Assembly (NCBI GenBank): GCA_011050085.1
Contig: DRGL01000023.1
Span: forward strand, 308,571-372,570
Source of the DNA: Pricia antarctica
GTDB lineage: Bacteria > Bacteroidota > Bacteroidia > Flavobacteriales > Flavobacteriaceae
Reading direction: 5' to 3'
Length of the DNA stretch: 64,000 bases
Shown here one piece after another: positions 20,788-31,233 of the stretch. Both the position numbers and the translations under genes were made by a program. The notes under the pieces were generated by a model. The model saw only the letters and a list, made by a program, of their open reading frames with translations, was not told where the DNA came from and searched no databases. The number at the start of each line of letters is the position of its first letter. The stretch's first letter is position 1.

Positions 20788-21171
20788 TTATTTTTGCATA
20801 TTCTTAGCCTCAATACTTAATGTCGCATGCGGCACCAATTTTAGACGTTCTTTAGCAATAAGCTTACCGGTTACCCGACAAATACCGTAGGTCTTATTTT
20901 CAATACGCAATATGGCATTCTTTAAGTCACGGATAAATTTTTCTTGGCGTATAGCGAGTTGGGTATTGGCCTCCTTGCTCATTGTTTCCGAACCTTCCTC
21001 AAATGCCTTAAATGTGGGTGAAGTATCATCGGTACCATTATTGCCATCGTTCATGTACGAACTTTTTAAAAGCTCTAAATGACTTTTAGCCTTGGTAATT
21101 TTATCTTCAATAAGCTCTCTAAATTCCGCCAAATCACTATCTGAATATCTTACTTTTAAATCTTGTGCCAT
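20788..21171 (-). CDS. TraR/DksA-family transcription factor
   Basis: Coiled coil plus ALLRIE-like NAILRIENKTYGICRVTGKLIAKERLKLVPHA; sits in the ileS-dksA-lspA arrangement. Confidence 0.9.
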   Translation of the reverse strand: MAQDLKVRYSDSDLAEFRELIEDKITKAKSHLELLKSSYMNDGNNGTDDTSPTFKAFEEGSETMSKEANTQLAIRQEKFIRDLKNAILRIENKTYGICRVTGKLIAKERLKLVPHATLSIEAKNMQK

Positions 21172-21174
21172 AGT

Positions 21175-24100
21175 TTAATTTTTTTCAATAAATAATTTTG
21201 TGTTCACCTCGTCAAAAGCTATTTCAGTGCCATCTTCCAAGGTCTCTTCCAAATCTAATGTAGCGGTCAAAGTTTCCGTTTTAATATAGTCAAGATTGCC
21301 TTCTACCGCGTTTTCAACAATGCCGTCCTTAAGAATTTTCACATTTATTTTGTCTGTCACTTCGTACCCTGAATCCTTTCTCATGTTTTGGATTCGGTTC
21401 ACCAATTCTCTAGCAATACCTTCTTTTCTGAGTTCATCATTAATTGAAACATCAAGCGCGACGGTAAGCGAGCCTTGGTTGGCCACTAGCCAACCTTCAA
21501 TATCCTGTGAAGATATCTCTACATCCTGTAACTCTAATATAATGTTTTTATTTTCAATACTGATGGTTAATTTTCCCTCACGCTCTACTTTTTGGATGTC
21601 TTCTTGACCTAAGTTTCCGATGGCTTGGGCTATTTTTTTCATGTCTTTTCCGAATTTCGGCCCCAAAACTTTAAAATTCGGTTTAATCTGTTTCACCAGT
21701 ATTCCGGAAGCATCGTCAAGTAATTGTATTTCCTTCACATTGACCTCGGATTTTATCAAATCCGCCACCGCTTCGATTTCATGTTTTTGCGTTTCGCTAA
21801 GCGCGGGAATCATAATTTTTTGTAAGGGTTGGCGAACTTTAATTTTTTCTTTTTGGCGAATGGACAATACCAAAGACGATATGCTCTGTGCCATTTCCAT
21901 TTTACTTTCCAGCGATTTGTCTACTATAGTGATTTCAGGTTTCGGAAAATCTGCTAAATGCACACTTTCAAAAGCATCCTTTTTTGTTGTCGCTGTCAAA
22001 TCTTTATACAATCTATCCATAAAGAACGGCGCCACCGGTGCTGAAAGCTTGGCCACGGTCTCCAAACAGGTATACAACGTTTGATAGGCAGATATCTTAT
22101 CCTTTTGATAATCCCCTTTCCAAAAACGTCGTCTACATAGACGCACATACCAGTTACTCAGATTTTCCTGAACATATTCAGATATGGCACGCGTTGCCTT
22201 TGTAGGTTCATAATCGGCATAAGCATCATCAACCACCTGTATCAAGGAGTGTAATTCCGATAGTATCCACCGGTCGATTTCCGGCCTTTCATTCAAGGGA
22301 ATATCATCCTCTTCGTATTTAAATTCATCAATGTTCGCATATAATGCGAAGAACGAGTAGGTGTTATACAATGTGCCGAAGAACTTTCGCTTGACCTCGG
22401 CGATGCCTTCGATATCGAATTTAAGGTTATCCCAGGGGTTGGCATTGGAAATCATATACCAACGTGTAGCATCAGCGCCATGTTCATTCATCGTCTCGAA
22501 CGGGTCTACGGCATTGCCCAAGCGTTTGCTCATCTTTTTGCCATCCTTATCAAGTACAAGCCCGTTAGAGACCACATTTTTATACGCAACAGAATCAAAG
22601 ACCATACTGGCAATAGCATGAAGCGTGTAAAACCAACCTCGGGTCTGATCAACGCCCTCAGCAATAAAATCGGCTGGAAAGGTTTCATTATTATCAATGA
22701 ATGCCTTATTTTCAAACGGATAGTGCCATTGCGCGTAGGGCATAGATCCACTATCGAACCAAACATCGATTAGGTCGGCTTCGCGTTTCATGGGTCTTCC
22801 GGAGGAAGAAATCAAAGTAATCTCATCGACGATATTCTTATGAAGGTCTATCGTATCGTAATTTTCCTCGGATAAATCGCCCACAGTAAAATCAGCAAAT
22901 ATGTCTTTTTCGAGCACTCCGGCTTCCACCGCTTTGGCCATTTCGGCCTTCAGTTCAGCAACCGAACCGATAATGATTTCTTCTTTTCCATCTTCTGTAC
23001 GCCAAATTGGAAGTGGAATACCCCAATACCTTGACCTAGATAGGTTCCAATCGTTGGCATTGGCGAGCCAATTACCAAACCGGCCCTCTCCGGTAGATTT
23101 CGGCTTCCAATTGATGGTGCTATTGAGTTGCACCATACGGTCTTTTATATCGGTAACCTTGATGAACCAAGAATCAAGCGGATAATACAAAATGGGTTTA
23201 TCGGTTCGCCAGCAGTTGGGATAGCTGTGTACGTATTTCTCGACCTTGAACGCCTTATTTTCTTCTTTTAGTCTGATAGCTATTTCAACGTCTACTGATT
23301 TTTCAGGTTCTTCGCCCAAATTATAGTATTCGTTCTTAACGTATTTGCCAGCCAGTTCCTTCATTTCTGGACGAAACTTACCCTGTAAATCTACCAACGG
23401 AACCAAGTTCAAATTTTCATCCATAACTAAAAGCGGTGGTATCTCAGGTACGGCTTGCTTTGCCACCAAAGCATCATCGGCACCAAAGGTCGGGGCGGTG
23501 TGAACAATGCCCGTACCGTCTTCGGTGGTAACGAAATCTCCGGCAATGACTCGAAAGGCATCCATCGGATTTTGGTACGGTAAGGCGTAGTCGAGTAATT
23601 GTTCGTATCGGATGCCGACCAAATCTTTGCCTTTAAATTCCCTAACGACGTAAAACGGAATTTTTGCCGGTTTTCCGCTGGGCAATATATCCTCTGAATT
23701 ATATTCTAGCAATTCGGGCTTTGATTCGACGCGCTTGAACTTTCCTGAAAACTGGTCGTTCACCAAACTTTTTGCTAAAATTACGTTCACTGGTCTAAAC
23801 GTATACTGATTATAGGTCTCCACTAGAACATAGTCGATTTTCGGTCCGACAGTTAGTGCGGTATTCGAGGGCAACGTCCATGGAGTGGTCGTCCAAGCCA
23901 GAAAATAAATATCGCCTTCATTCTTGAGAAAATCGGGGAGTGAAGATTCGACGGCCTTGAATTGCGCTACGGCAGTGGTATCGGTGACATCTTGATATGT
24001 ACCCGGCTGATTGAGCTCATGTGAGCTAAGTCCCGTACCTGCTTTGGGAGAATATGGCTGAATGGTATATCCCTTATAAATTAAGCCTTTATTATAAATC

Positions 24101-24594
24101 TGTTTCAAGAGCCACCAGACCGACTCCATATATTTCGGTTTGTACGTAATATATGGATCATTCATATCGACCCAATAGCCAACTTGTTCGGTCATCCTAT
24201 TCCAAACATCGGTATAGCGCATTACGGCTTCTTTACACGCCGCATTGTATTCTTCGACCGATATTTTAACGCCAATATCCTCTTTGGTGATACCGAGTTC
24301 TTTTTCGACCCCGAGTTCAATAGGTAGCCCATGGGTATCCCATCCGGCCTTTCGCTTTACCTGAAAGCCTTTCATGGTCTTATACCTAGGAAAAATATCT
24401 TTTATGGTACGGGCCATCACGTGATGGATACCGGGCATGCCGTTTGCCGATGGAGGACCTTCGTAGAAGACGTAGCTAGGCCTACCCTCTTTTGAGGAAA
24501 CGCTTTTTTCGAATATTTCGTTTTCCTTCCAATAGGCTAGGGTTTCCTCAGCTACCTTGGGCAGGTCTAATCCCTTATATTCCGCAAATTTCAT
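21175..24594 (-). CDS. ileS: Isoleucyl-tRNA synthetase (type 2)
   Basis: FYEGPPSANGMPGIHH, GWDTHGLP, WTTTPWTLPSN, GTGIVHTAP, EGVDQTRGWF, KMSKR. Confidence 0.98.
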   Translation of the reverse strand: MKFAEYKGLDLPKVAEETLAYWKENEIFEKSVSSKEGRPSYVFYEGPPSANGMPGIHHVMARTIKDIFPRYKTMKGFQVKRKAGWDTHGLPIELGVEKELGITKEDIGVKISVEEYNAACKEAVMRYTDVWNRMTEQVGYWVDMNDPYITYKPKYMESVWWLLKQIYNKGLIYKGYTIQPYSPKAGTGLSSHELNQPGTYQDVTDTTAVAQFKAVESSLPDFLKNEGDIYFLAWTTTPWTLPSNTALTVGPKIDYVLVETYNQYTFRPVNVILAKSLVNDQFSGKFKRVESKPELLEYNSEDILPSGKPAKIPFYVVREFKGKDLVGIRYEQLLDYALPYQNPMDAFRVIAGDFVTTEDGTGIVHTAPTFGADDALVAKQAVPEIPPLLVMDENLNLVPLVDLQGKFRPEMKELAGKYVKNEYYNLGEEPEKSVDVEIAIRLKEENKAFKVEKYVHSYPNCWRTDKPILYYPLDSWFIKVTDIKDRMVQLNSTINWKPKSTGEGRFGNWLANANDWNLSRSRYWGIPLPIWRTEDGKEEIIIGSVAELKAEMAKAVEAGVLEKDIFADFTVGDLSEENYDTIDLHKNIVDEITLISSSGRPMKREADLIDVWFDSGSMPYAQWHYPFENKAFIDNNETFPADFIAEGVDQTRGWFYTLHAIASMVFDSVAYKNVVSNGLVLDKDGKKMSKRLGNAVDPFETMNEHGADATRWYMISNANPWDNLKFDIEGIAEVKRKFFGTLYNTYSFFALYANIDEFKYEEDDIPLNERPEIDRWILSELHSLIQVVDDAYADYEPTKATRAISEYVQENLSNWYVRLCRRRFWKGDYQKDKISAYQTLYTCLETVAKLSAPVAPFFMDRLYKDLTATTKKDAFESVHLADFPKPEITIVDKSLESKMEMAQSISSLVLSIRQKEKIKVRQPLQKIMIPALSETQKHEIEAVADLIKSEVNVKEIQLLDDASGILVKQIKPNFKVLGPKFGKDMKKIAQAIGNLGQEDIQKVEREGKLTISIENKNIILELQDVEISSQDIEGWLVANQGSLTVALDVSINDELRKEGIARELVNRIQNMRKDSGYEVTDKINVKILKDGIVENAVEGNLDYIKTETLTATLDLEETLEDGTEIAFDEVNTKLFIEKN

Positions 24595-24773
24595 TGTGTA
24601 TAATCCTATTTAGTATCCTACCTTAATTAAAGGCTGCAAAATTAGGTATTTTTGGTCGGATTGTGCCGATAGTACCTCCGTGATATTCTTTCAAAGGCTC
24701 AAATGAGCACCTAATTGCGTTTAAATTTTAGATGGATTCATATATATTTGCAAAAACAACTAAAACTCAAATC

Positions 24774-25022
24774 ATGAAAAAAGTATTTTTAAGTACACTG
24801 TTAATGCTTGCATTGAGCGTATCGTTCGTTTCTTGTAGGGATGGTGAAAACAAATCGGAAGACGCCATGGAAGAAGCAGATGACGCCATGGATGATGCAG
24901 GTGATAAATTGGAGGAATTGGGTAACGACATCGAAGATGGTGCGGAAGATGCTGGCGATGCCATTGAAGATGCGGCTGATGATGCTGGTGATGCTATCGA
25001 AGATGCCGTTGACGATAACTAG
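24774..25022 (+). CDS. Small, highly acidic lipoprotein with 11-mer helical repeats
   Basis: Lipobox SFVSC; D/E/A/G-rich body; TATATTTG -7 box at 24743-24750; own terminator. Confidence 0.8.
   Translation: MKKVFLSTLLMLALSVSFVSCRDGENKSEDAMEEADDAMDDAGDKLEELGNDIEDGAEDAGDAIEDAADDAGDAIEDAVDDN
24945..25010 (+). repeat. Two 33-nt tandem repeats encoding EDAGDAIEDAA / DDAGDAIEDAV
   Basis: gaagatgctggcgatgccattgaagatgcggct followed by gatgatgctggtgatgctatcgaagatgccgtt. Confidence 0.85.
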
Positions 25023-25044
25023 ACAGATATAATTTTATTTGATG

Positions 25045-25073
25045 AAACCCTGACTGAGAAGTCGGGGTTTTTT
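25045..25073 (+). terminator. Intrinsic terminator
   Basis: aaaccctgac-tgagaa-gtcggggttt followed by a T run. Confidence 0.8.
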
Positions 25074-25210
25074 ATTAGGATTTTTTTGGATGAAATTTTT
25101 TTAATGTTCCACTTTAAAGAATATTTTTGGAAGGATAGTATTGGGTTACCGTCTTACTTCGGATTGTTTTGGATTAACTATTTGAATTGAGAGATAAAAA
25201 AGAAGGGCAA

Positions 25211-27622
25211 TTAGAATCGATACCCCAACCCCATTATGAGATTTGCGCCGGGAGCAGCTATACCCGACGAATACGACCTATAGCGTTGATTTGTACTATT
25301 TTCTAGGCTTAGAGAAACATTTAGTGCGTTTGAAATCGCAAACTGTGAACGGAAATTAAGGGTATACCAAGAAGGGGAGAAGGGGTTAGCCTCTGAATCA
25401 GCGGCATAAATATACGGCTTACCCCGTTCCGAAATGGAAAGATTCGGATATGCTATTTCTCCGTTATAGTTGATGAACAAATCCGTTTTGAACCTTTGGT
25501 TTTTCCATAATATATGAAAGTCACCAAAGGTCGGTGGAATGTGGCGGCCTGGGGAATCGGTTCCATCTTCCTCTTCTTCAATGCCCTTTGAAAGGGTAAG
25601 ATTAGAACTTAACGACCATTGGTCGGTAAGAAAAGCTTCAAGACCAAATTCGAATCCGTATACATAAGCTTTAGCTGCGTTTTGTATAGCCTGTACTTTG
25701 CTAAGCTCCCCATTGTAGTCTATTTGTGATTCACCATCAAATAAGTAGTCCCTGCGTACCAGGGCATCGACCAAATAGGTGTAATAGGCTGCGACTTTCA
25801 CTACCAGCTTATCGTTGAAATTTCTATGAACGCCAAGTTCTGTATTATAGGCATATTCAGGTTCTAAATCTGTATTGGGAACGACTACCGAGCCAGGCTC
25901 GGAATCGAAAATTTTGCCGATATCATCGATATTTGGGGCACGAAATCCTGTTGATCCGTTCAAAGTTACCTGTAGATGCTCTTTAGGAAACCAACTAAAA
26001 CCAAGACTTCCGGTGAGGGCACCATTATTGAGATTGGCATTGTCAAAGGGAAAAGGATAAAAAGTCTTATTAAAAACGGCGTCTATCCAAACATGGCTAT
26101 ACCGCAACCCCGAAAGTAAGGTGAAATTCGGTTTAGCCTTATACTCTCCATTGATATAACCCGCTACACTCTGCCAAGTTGAGCCATCAGGATATCGTGA
26201 AGCGGCTTCGGACAAAAGCTTTGTTTCGATATTTTGTTGGCTTCCATTAGAACCTACCGTATTGAAAATATACTCTACTCCATAATAAAGTCGAAGATTC
26301 CCAATTTTCTTATTTTCAACATCGAGATTTGTAGATAGGGCATTGACGTTCTCTTCAGTCATATAACGAATAGATTCCTGAAAATCACGGTCTTTTCTGC
26401 TTTCGTTAAAATACTGGTATGCAGTCGTCAATTTTAAACCATCATAGAATACACCTTTACCCTTTTTTTCAAGCTGAAAGTTACCCATAAACCATTTTTG
26501 CGGTCCGTAAGACCATTCGGCAGATCGTAGGCCGTCACCTTGTTGATTCGGACGAATGAGACGGTCATAACGGGCAAAATCAGAAGTCTCGGAATAGTGT
26601 AATCCCAGTTTATAGTCCCAAGTGGAATTCGGCCGATACGCGATTTTTTGCATTAGGCTAATTTGGTCGTAGCCTGTAGCATGTTGCTTTCTCGGATTAT
26701 CGTTCTCTACCAATACGTCAGCCCCATTTAATCTATTGACGTATTTATATCTTAGATAAGAATCAGGGCCGTGAGATCCCATGGTCAAATCACCGAAATC
26801 AGAATAGGTTGCGCTCGTCAAAAAAGCCCATTTCTTCTTACCTAGATTCAGATCGAAGTGCATCGTGCTTTCCGTGTTGGCAGAAGAAAAGCGATACTGG
26901 GCATCACCAGAGACCATTGTAGTGCTTCCATCGGAATAAACGGGATCCTTAGTGTAAAAATTCATTACCCCGCCTATAGCGTCACTGCCGTAGATCACGG
27001 AACCTGGACCGAAAATAATTTCCGTTTTTTTTATGGTAAAAGGGTCTATTGAAATTACATTTTGCAAATTGCCTCCCCGAAATATAGCATTGTTCATACG
27101 TACGCCATCTACGGAAAGCAACAAACGATTTGTAGCGAAGCCACGAATCATCGGACTACCACCGCCCAATTGACTTTTTTGCACAAAGACTTTTCCACTG
27201 TTTTGTAAAAGATCGGCAGCGGTTTGCGGATTGGTAAAAGCTATATCGCGTGCATCTATAGCTATAATTTTATTCGGAATATCTTTTTTCTGCTGTTCCC
27301 ATTTTGAGACGGACAGCACTACACCGTCAAGCTGTTCGGCCTTTAGAACAAGGTACAAAACCTTTTTTTGCCGAATAATTTGGTTCGGGGTCGCCCTACG
27401 TAGGCTATAGCTCAAATGTTTAAAACTAATACGTTCATCAAGGTCGAATGAAGATAGATTGCATTGTCCGCTACCGTCAGTAAGTACCGTTTTAGAGCGG
27501 TCATCGTTGTAGATGGCAACATTGGGAATAGGCTCCCTGTTTTCAGCATCAAACACGGTAATGGTTTGGGCAGAAAGAAATTGGATAAATAATAAAAAAA
27601 GTCCGAGGACAATAGGTTTCAT
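25211..27622 (-). CDS. TonB-dependent outer-membrane receptor (heme/siderophore-receptor-like)
   Basis: Signal peptide, carboxypeptidase-regulatory-like N-domain, plug (QKSQLGGGSPMIRG, GPGSVIYGSDAIGGV), GFRAPN, C-terminal YRF. Confidence 0.92.
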   Translation of the reverse strand: MKPIVLGLFLLFIQFLSAQTITVFDAENREPIPNVAIYNDDRSKTVLTDGSGQCNLSSFDLDERISFKHLSYSLRRATPNQIIRQKKVLYLVLKAEQLDGVVLSVSKWEQQKKDIPNKIIAIDARDIAFTNPQTAADLLQNSGKVFVQKSQLGGGSPMIRGFATNRLLLSVDGVRMNNAIFRGGNLQNVISIDPFTIKKTEIIFGPGSVIYGSDAIGGVMNFYTKDPVYSDGSTTMVSGDAQYRFSSANTESTMHFDLNLGKKKWAFLTSATYSDFGDLTMGSHGPDSYLRYKYVNRLNGADVLVENDNPRKQHATGYDQISLMQKIAYRPNSTWDYKLGLHYSETSDFARYDRLIRPNQQGDGLRSAEWSYGPQKWFMGNFQLEKKGKGVFYDGLKLTTAYQYFNESRKDRDFQESIRYMTEENVNALSTNLDVENKKIGNLRLYYGVEYIFNTVGSNGSQQNIETKLLSEAASRYPDGSTWQSVAGYINGEYKAKPNFTLLSGLRYSHVWIDAVFNKTFYPFPFDNANLNNGALTGSLGFSWFPKEHLQVTLNGSTGFRAPNIDDIGKIFDSEPGSVVVPNTDLEPEYAYNTELGVHRNFNDKLVVKVAAYYTYLVDALVRRDYLFDGESQIDYNGELSKVQAIQNAAKAYVYGFEFGLEAFLTDQWSLSSNLTLSKGIEEEEDGTDSPGRHIPPTFGDFHILWKNQRFKTDLFINYNGEIAYPNLSISERGKPYIYAADSEANPFSPSWYTLNFRSQFAISNALNVSLSLENSTNQRYRSYSSGIAAPGANLIMGLGYRF

Positions 27623-27623
27623 G

Positions 27624-28343
27624 TTATCCGAATACTTCGTTCAAGACGGCAAGAGATTTGGGCTTCCTAAATCCTTGTAGATGCAGTTCATAAAATAGCA
27701 CTAAGGATTGCAAAAGCTCTTGTCGGTTCGTTTTGTTCATTTTGATGGTATGTAAGTCATCAAAATGTATGCCCAAAAACGATTTGAAATATTCAAGATT
27801 TTCTCCGGTCAGTACCGGGTGTAGTGATGGGGTATCGGTAAATTCACCTTCCAAAAGGTCGAAACATGCGGCTTGCATTGTCGAAGTGTCTGGATAAAAG
27901 CCTAAATATTTAGTTAGCTGGATAAGAAAGTGACAATGAAAATTAGCGATTTCGGTATGCATATCCAGCCACTGAAAAGACGCCTCCAGATATTCAAAAA
28001 GAGGAGGGTTAGCCTCCTCTTCATGAATACTATGGCTTAACATTTCTGCCAGAAAAAGCGTCATAGCGTTTTTGCCGATATTACTATGTACCGTTTGGTA
28101 TGCATAGTTCACCTTAGCTTCGCGGATACTCTCCAAGGTGCCTTTATTTCTATGACTCGCTATAATTTCCAGTTGGGTAAGCGGTTGAAATTGACCTACC
28201 TTCATCTTACCCCGCTTAGCTGATACTATTCCTTTCAACATATAGGATTTCAAGCCGTCAGTTTCAGTAAATGCCTTTACAATAAGACTGGTGTCCCCAT
28301 ATTTCAAAGCGGTTAAAATTATAGCCTTTGTGGTTACCTGCAT
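27624..28343 (-). CDS. recO: DNA repair protein RecO
   Basis: KYGDTSLIV, FQPLTQLEI, YLGFYP, FDLLEGEF, KSLAVLNEVF. Confidence 0.95.
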   Translation of the reverse strand: MQVTTKAIILTALKYGDTSLIVKAFTETDGLKSYMLKGIVSAKRGKMKVGQFQPLTQLEIIASHRNKGTLESIREAKVNYAYQTVHSNIGKNAMTLFLAEMLSHSIHEEEANPPLFEYLEASFQWLDMHTEIANFHCHFLIQLTKYLGFYPDTSTMQAACFDLLEGEFTDTPSLHPVLTGENLEYFKSFLGIHFDDLHTIKMNKTNRQELLQSLVLFYELHLQGFRKPKSLAVLNEVFG

Positions 28344-28358
28344 AAAGGGTTGGTCGGA

Positions 28359-29702
28359 TTAAATAACGCCCTGTGCCAGCATCGCATCGGCCACCTTTAC
28401 GAAACCGGCAATGTTGGCCCCTTTTACATAATTGCAATAATCGTCGCCTTCCATTCCGTATTCGATACAAGACTGATGAATATCTTCCATAATATCTTTC
28501 AATCGTTCATCTACTTCTTCCCTACTCCAACTGATACGTAGAGAGTTCTGTGACATTTCAAGTCCAGATGTGGCAACACCACCAGCATTCGATGCTTTGC
28601 CTGGCGCGAATAAGATTTTAGCTTCGTGAAACGTATGTATAGCTTCGGCAGTACACGGCATATTAGCACCCTCAGCTACACAAATACAACCATTCTTGAG
28701 TAATAAGGCAGCATCATCGCCTTGCAATTCGTTCTGTGTGGCACAAGGCATGGCTATATCACACTTCACTTGCCAAGGCTGCTCGTCTTTATGGAATTCG
28801 GCGCTTTTATACGTATTGACATATTCAGAAATTCTTCCGCGCTGATTGTTCTTCAAGTCCATTACGAATTCCAATTTCTCTTGATCAATGCCATCTTTAT
28901 CGTATATATATCCATCGGAATCTGAAAGTGTAACTACTTTCCCTCCTAATTGAATAACCTTCTCTGCTGCAAATTGAGCAACATTACCTGAGCCGGATAT
29001 AACCACGGTTTTACCATCAAAGTTCTCATTTCTAGTCTTAAGCATACTCTGCGCAAAATATACCGTTCCGTATCCAGTTGCTTCAGGGCGTATTTTAGAT
29101 CCACCCCAAGAGAGGCCCTTACCCGTAAGTACCCCAGTAAATTCATTTTTTATTTTTTTATACATACCGAATAAAAAGCCTATTTCACGAGCTCCAACCC
29201 CGATATCACCCGCTGGTATATCGGTAAACGGACCGATATGCCTACATAGCTCGGCCATGAAAGCATGACAGAAACGCATCACCTCATCATCAGATTTTCC
29301 TTTGGGATCGAAATCGGAACCCCCTTTTCCACCGCCCATAGGCAAAGTGGTCAAGCTATTCTTAAAAACCTGCTCGAATGCTAAAAACTTCAGGATACTG
29401 GCATTGACACTTGGGTGAAAACGCAGACCACCCTTGTAAGGCCCAATCGCTGAATTCATCTGAATACGGTATCCTCGATTGACATGAATTTCACCGTCAT
29501 CATCTACCCACGAAACCCGAAACGATATTAATCGCTCAGGTTCGACCATTCGCAACAGTATATTTTTTCCGTTATATATTTTATTTTCAGCAATATAGGG
29601 AATTACAGTTTCTGCAACCTCTTGTACTGCTTGAATGAACTCGGGCTCATGACCATTTCGGGACTTGACCTCTTTCATGAACTTTTTTATCTTCTTATCC
29701 AT
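28359..29702 (-). CDS. gdhA: NADP-specific glutamate dehydrogenase
   Basis: GPYKGGLRFHPSV, PMGGGKGGSDF, DIPAGDIGVG, RPEATGYG, GSGNVA, EGANMP. Confidence 0.98.
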   Translation of the reverse strand: MDKKIKKFMKEVKSRNGHEPEFIQAVQEVAETVIPYIAENKIYNGKNILLRMVEPERLISFRVSWVDDDGEIHVNRGYRIQMNSAIGPYKGGLRFHPSVNASILKFLAFEQVFKNSLTTLPMGGGKGGSDFDPKGKSDDEVMRFCHAFMAELCRHIGPFTDIPAGDIGVGAREIGFLFGMYKKIKNEFTGVLTGKGLSWGGSKIRPEATGYGTVYFAQSMLKTRNENFDGKTVVISGSGNVAQFAAEKVIQLGGKVVTLSDSDGYIYDKDGIDQEKLEFVMDLKNNQRGRISEYVNTYKSAEFHKDEQPWQVKCDIAMPCATQNELQGDDAALLLKNGCICVAEGANMPCTAEAIHTFHEAKILFAPGKASNAGGVATSGLEMSQNSLRISWSREEVDERLKDIMEDIHQSCIEYGMEGDDYCNYVKGANIAGFVKVADAMLAQGVI

Positions 29703-29979
29703 ATCACATACTTAGCTTTAATTCACCCAAAAAACAGGGCAATTTTATTAAAATAAAAATATTTCGTCAAAATTATGTTATTTATATTTTTGAAAGCCTA
29801 TATTTTTCAGAATTTCATAATGCAATAACTAAATTCTATACCTCACAAAAACGAGTAAAATACCTAATTTAGTATTGCTCACTATTAACAGTTATGTTCT
29901 GAGTTCGAATTTGTTTTAAGAAGTTAGAAGCCACGATGCCATTTTTATATGTCCAGAATGGAAATAGATTATAAAGACA

Positions 29980-31134
29980 TTATCCAATTGCTTGCTCTAA
30001 ATCAGCAATAAGATCGTCAATATCTTCTATTCCGACGCTTAGTCGAATCAAGGAATCAACTACCCCACTTTTTTCACGTTCTTCTTTTGGAATGCTGGCA
30101 TGTGTCATACTCGCTGGATGTCCGGCCAAACTTTCTACCCCACCTAAAGATTCCGCTAACGTAAAGACTCGAAGATTTTCTACGATTTTTATGGCATCCT
30201 CTTTTTCTCGACTTTTAGGAATGAACGAAACCATTCCTCCGAAATCCTTCATCTGTGATTTGGCAATATCATGGTTTGGATGGCTTTCAAACCCGGGCCA
30301 AAAAACCTTGTCTATTTTAGGGTGCTTTTCTAAATATTCGGCTACTGCACGGCCGTTCTCGCAATGCCGCTGCATTCTCACATGTAAAGTTTTAATTCCC
30401 CTCAAGGTTAAAAAACTATCCATAGGTCCGCATACTGCACCGCTAGCGTTCTGTATAAAGTAAAGTTTATCGGCCAGTTCTTTGTCCTTGACCACTAATG
30501 AGCCTACGACAACATCGCTGTGTCCACCAAGATACTTTGTAGCAGAATGCATTACTATATCAGCACCCATGTCTAAAGGCGTTTGTAAATAGGGGGTAGC
30601 AAAAGTATTGTCTACGGCAAGGAGTAAATTATATTTTTTGGCCAATTTAGAGACCGCCTTGATGTCAATGACATTCATCATAGGGTTGGTCGGCGTTTCT
30701 ATCCAAAGCAACTTTGTACTTTCGTTGACATACTTTTCTATATTTTCAGCATTCTGCATTCCGATAAAATGAAAGGTAATGCCATATTTTTCGAAAATTT
30801 GCTTAAAAATACGATAGCTTCCACCGTAAAGATCGTTTGTCGAAACCACCTCATCTCCAGGATTCAATAACTTTATTACCGCATCGATTGCGGCCAATCC
30901 GCTCCCAAAAGCCATTCCGTAATTTCCATTTTCAATACTTGCCAGCGATTTTTCAAGAGCCGTTCTGGTCGGATTCGCACTTCGGGAATACTCGTAGCCC
31001 TGATGCCCGCCGGGTGTAGTCTGTGCGTAGGTTGAAGTCTGATAGATAGGCGGCATGACCGCGCCATAGGCTTTATCAGGGCTTTGCCCACCGTGAATTG
31101 TTTTCGAATTGAATTTTAACTTTTTTTCGTCCAT
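29980..31134 (-). CDS. Cystathionine gamma-synthase/gamma-lyase (Cys/Met metabolism PLP enzyme)
   Basis: PPIYQTSTY, YSRSANPT, ETPTNP, DNTFATP, HSATKYLGGHSD, AESLGGVESL. MetB versus MccB/CTH cannot be resolved. Confidence 0.93.
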   Translation of the reverse strand: MDEKKLKFNSKTIHGGQSPDKAYGAVMPPIYQTSTYAQTTPGGHQGYEYSRSANPTRTALEKSLASIENGNYGMAFGSGLAAIDAVIKLLNPGDEVVSTNDLYGGSYRIFKQIFEKYGITFHFIGMQNAENIEKYVNESTKLLWIETPTNPMMNVIDIKAVSKLAKKYNLLLAVDNTFATPYLQTPLDMGADIVMHSATKYLGGHSDVVVGSLVVKDKELADKLYFIQNASGAVCGPMDSFLTLRGIKTLHVRMQRHCENGRAVAEYLEKHPKIDKVFWPGFESHPNHDIAKSQMKDFGGMVSFIPKSREKEDAIKIVENLRVFTLAESLGGVESLAGHPASMTHASIPKEEREKSGVVDSLIRLSVGIEDIDDLIADLEQAIG

Positions 31135-31233
31135 TTTCTACAATTATTCCTACAAATGTATCGTTATCTTCTCTAGCACCCAAAGCGTAACCATGATTCA
31201 TTTACGCCGATAATCGTTCGATACCTCAAATTT

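Noticed and set aside
20788-21171. DksA-like protein with only one of four zinc-finger cysteines
   Set aside because: Zinc-independent DksA variants are known, and this appears to be the usual Bacteroidota form.
21296-23185. Plus-strand ORFs of 86-154 aa opposite ileS
   Set aside because: Antisense shadows of a conserved gene.
21175-24594. Type 2 (mupirocin-resistant-type) IleRS as an acquired resistance gene
   Set aside because: It is the native form in Bacteroidota, in its usual ileS-dksA-lspA context.
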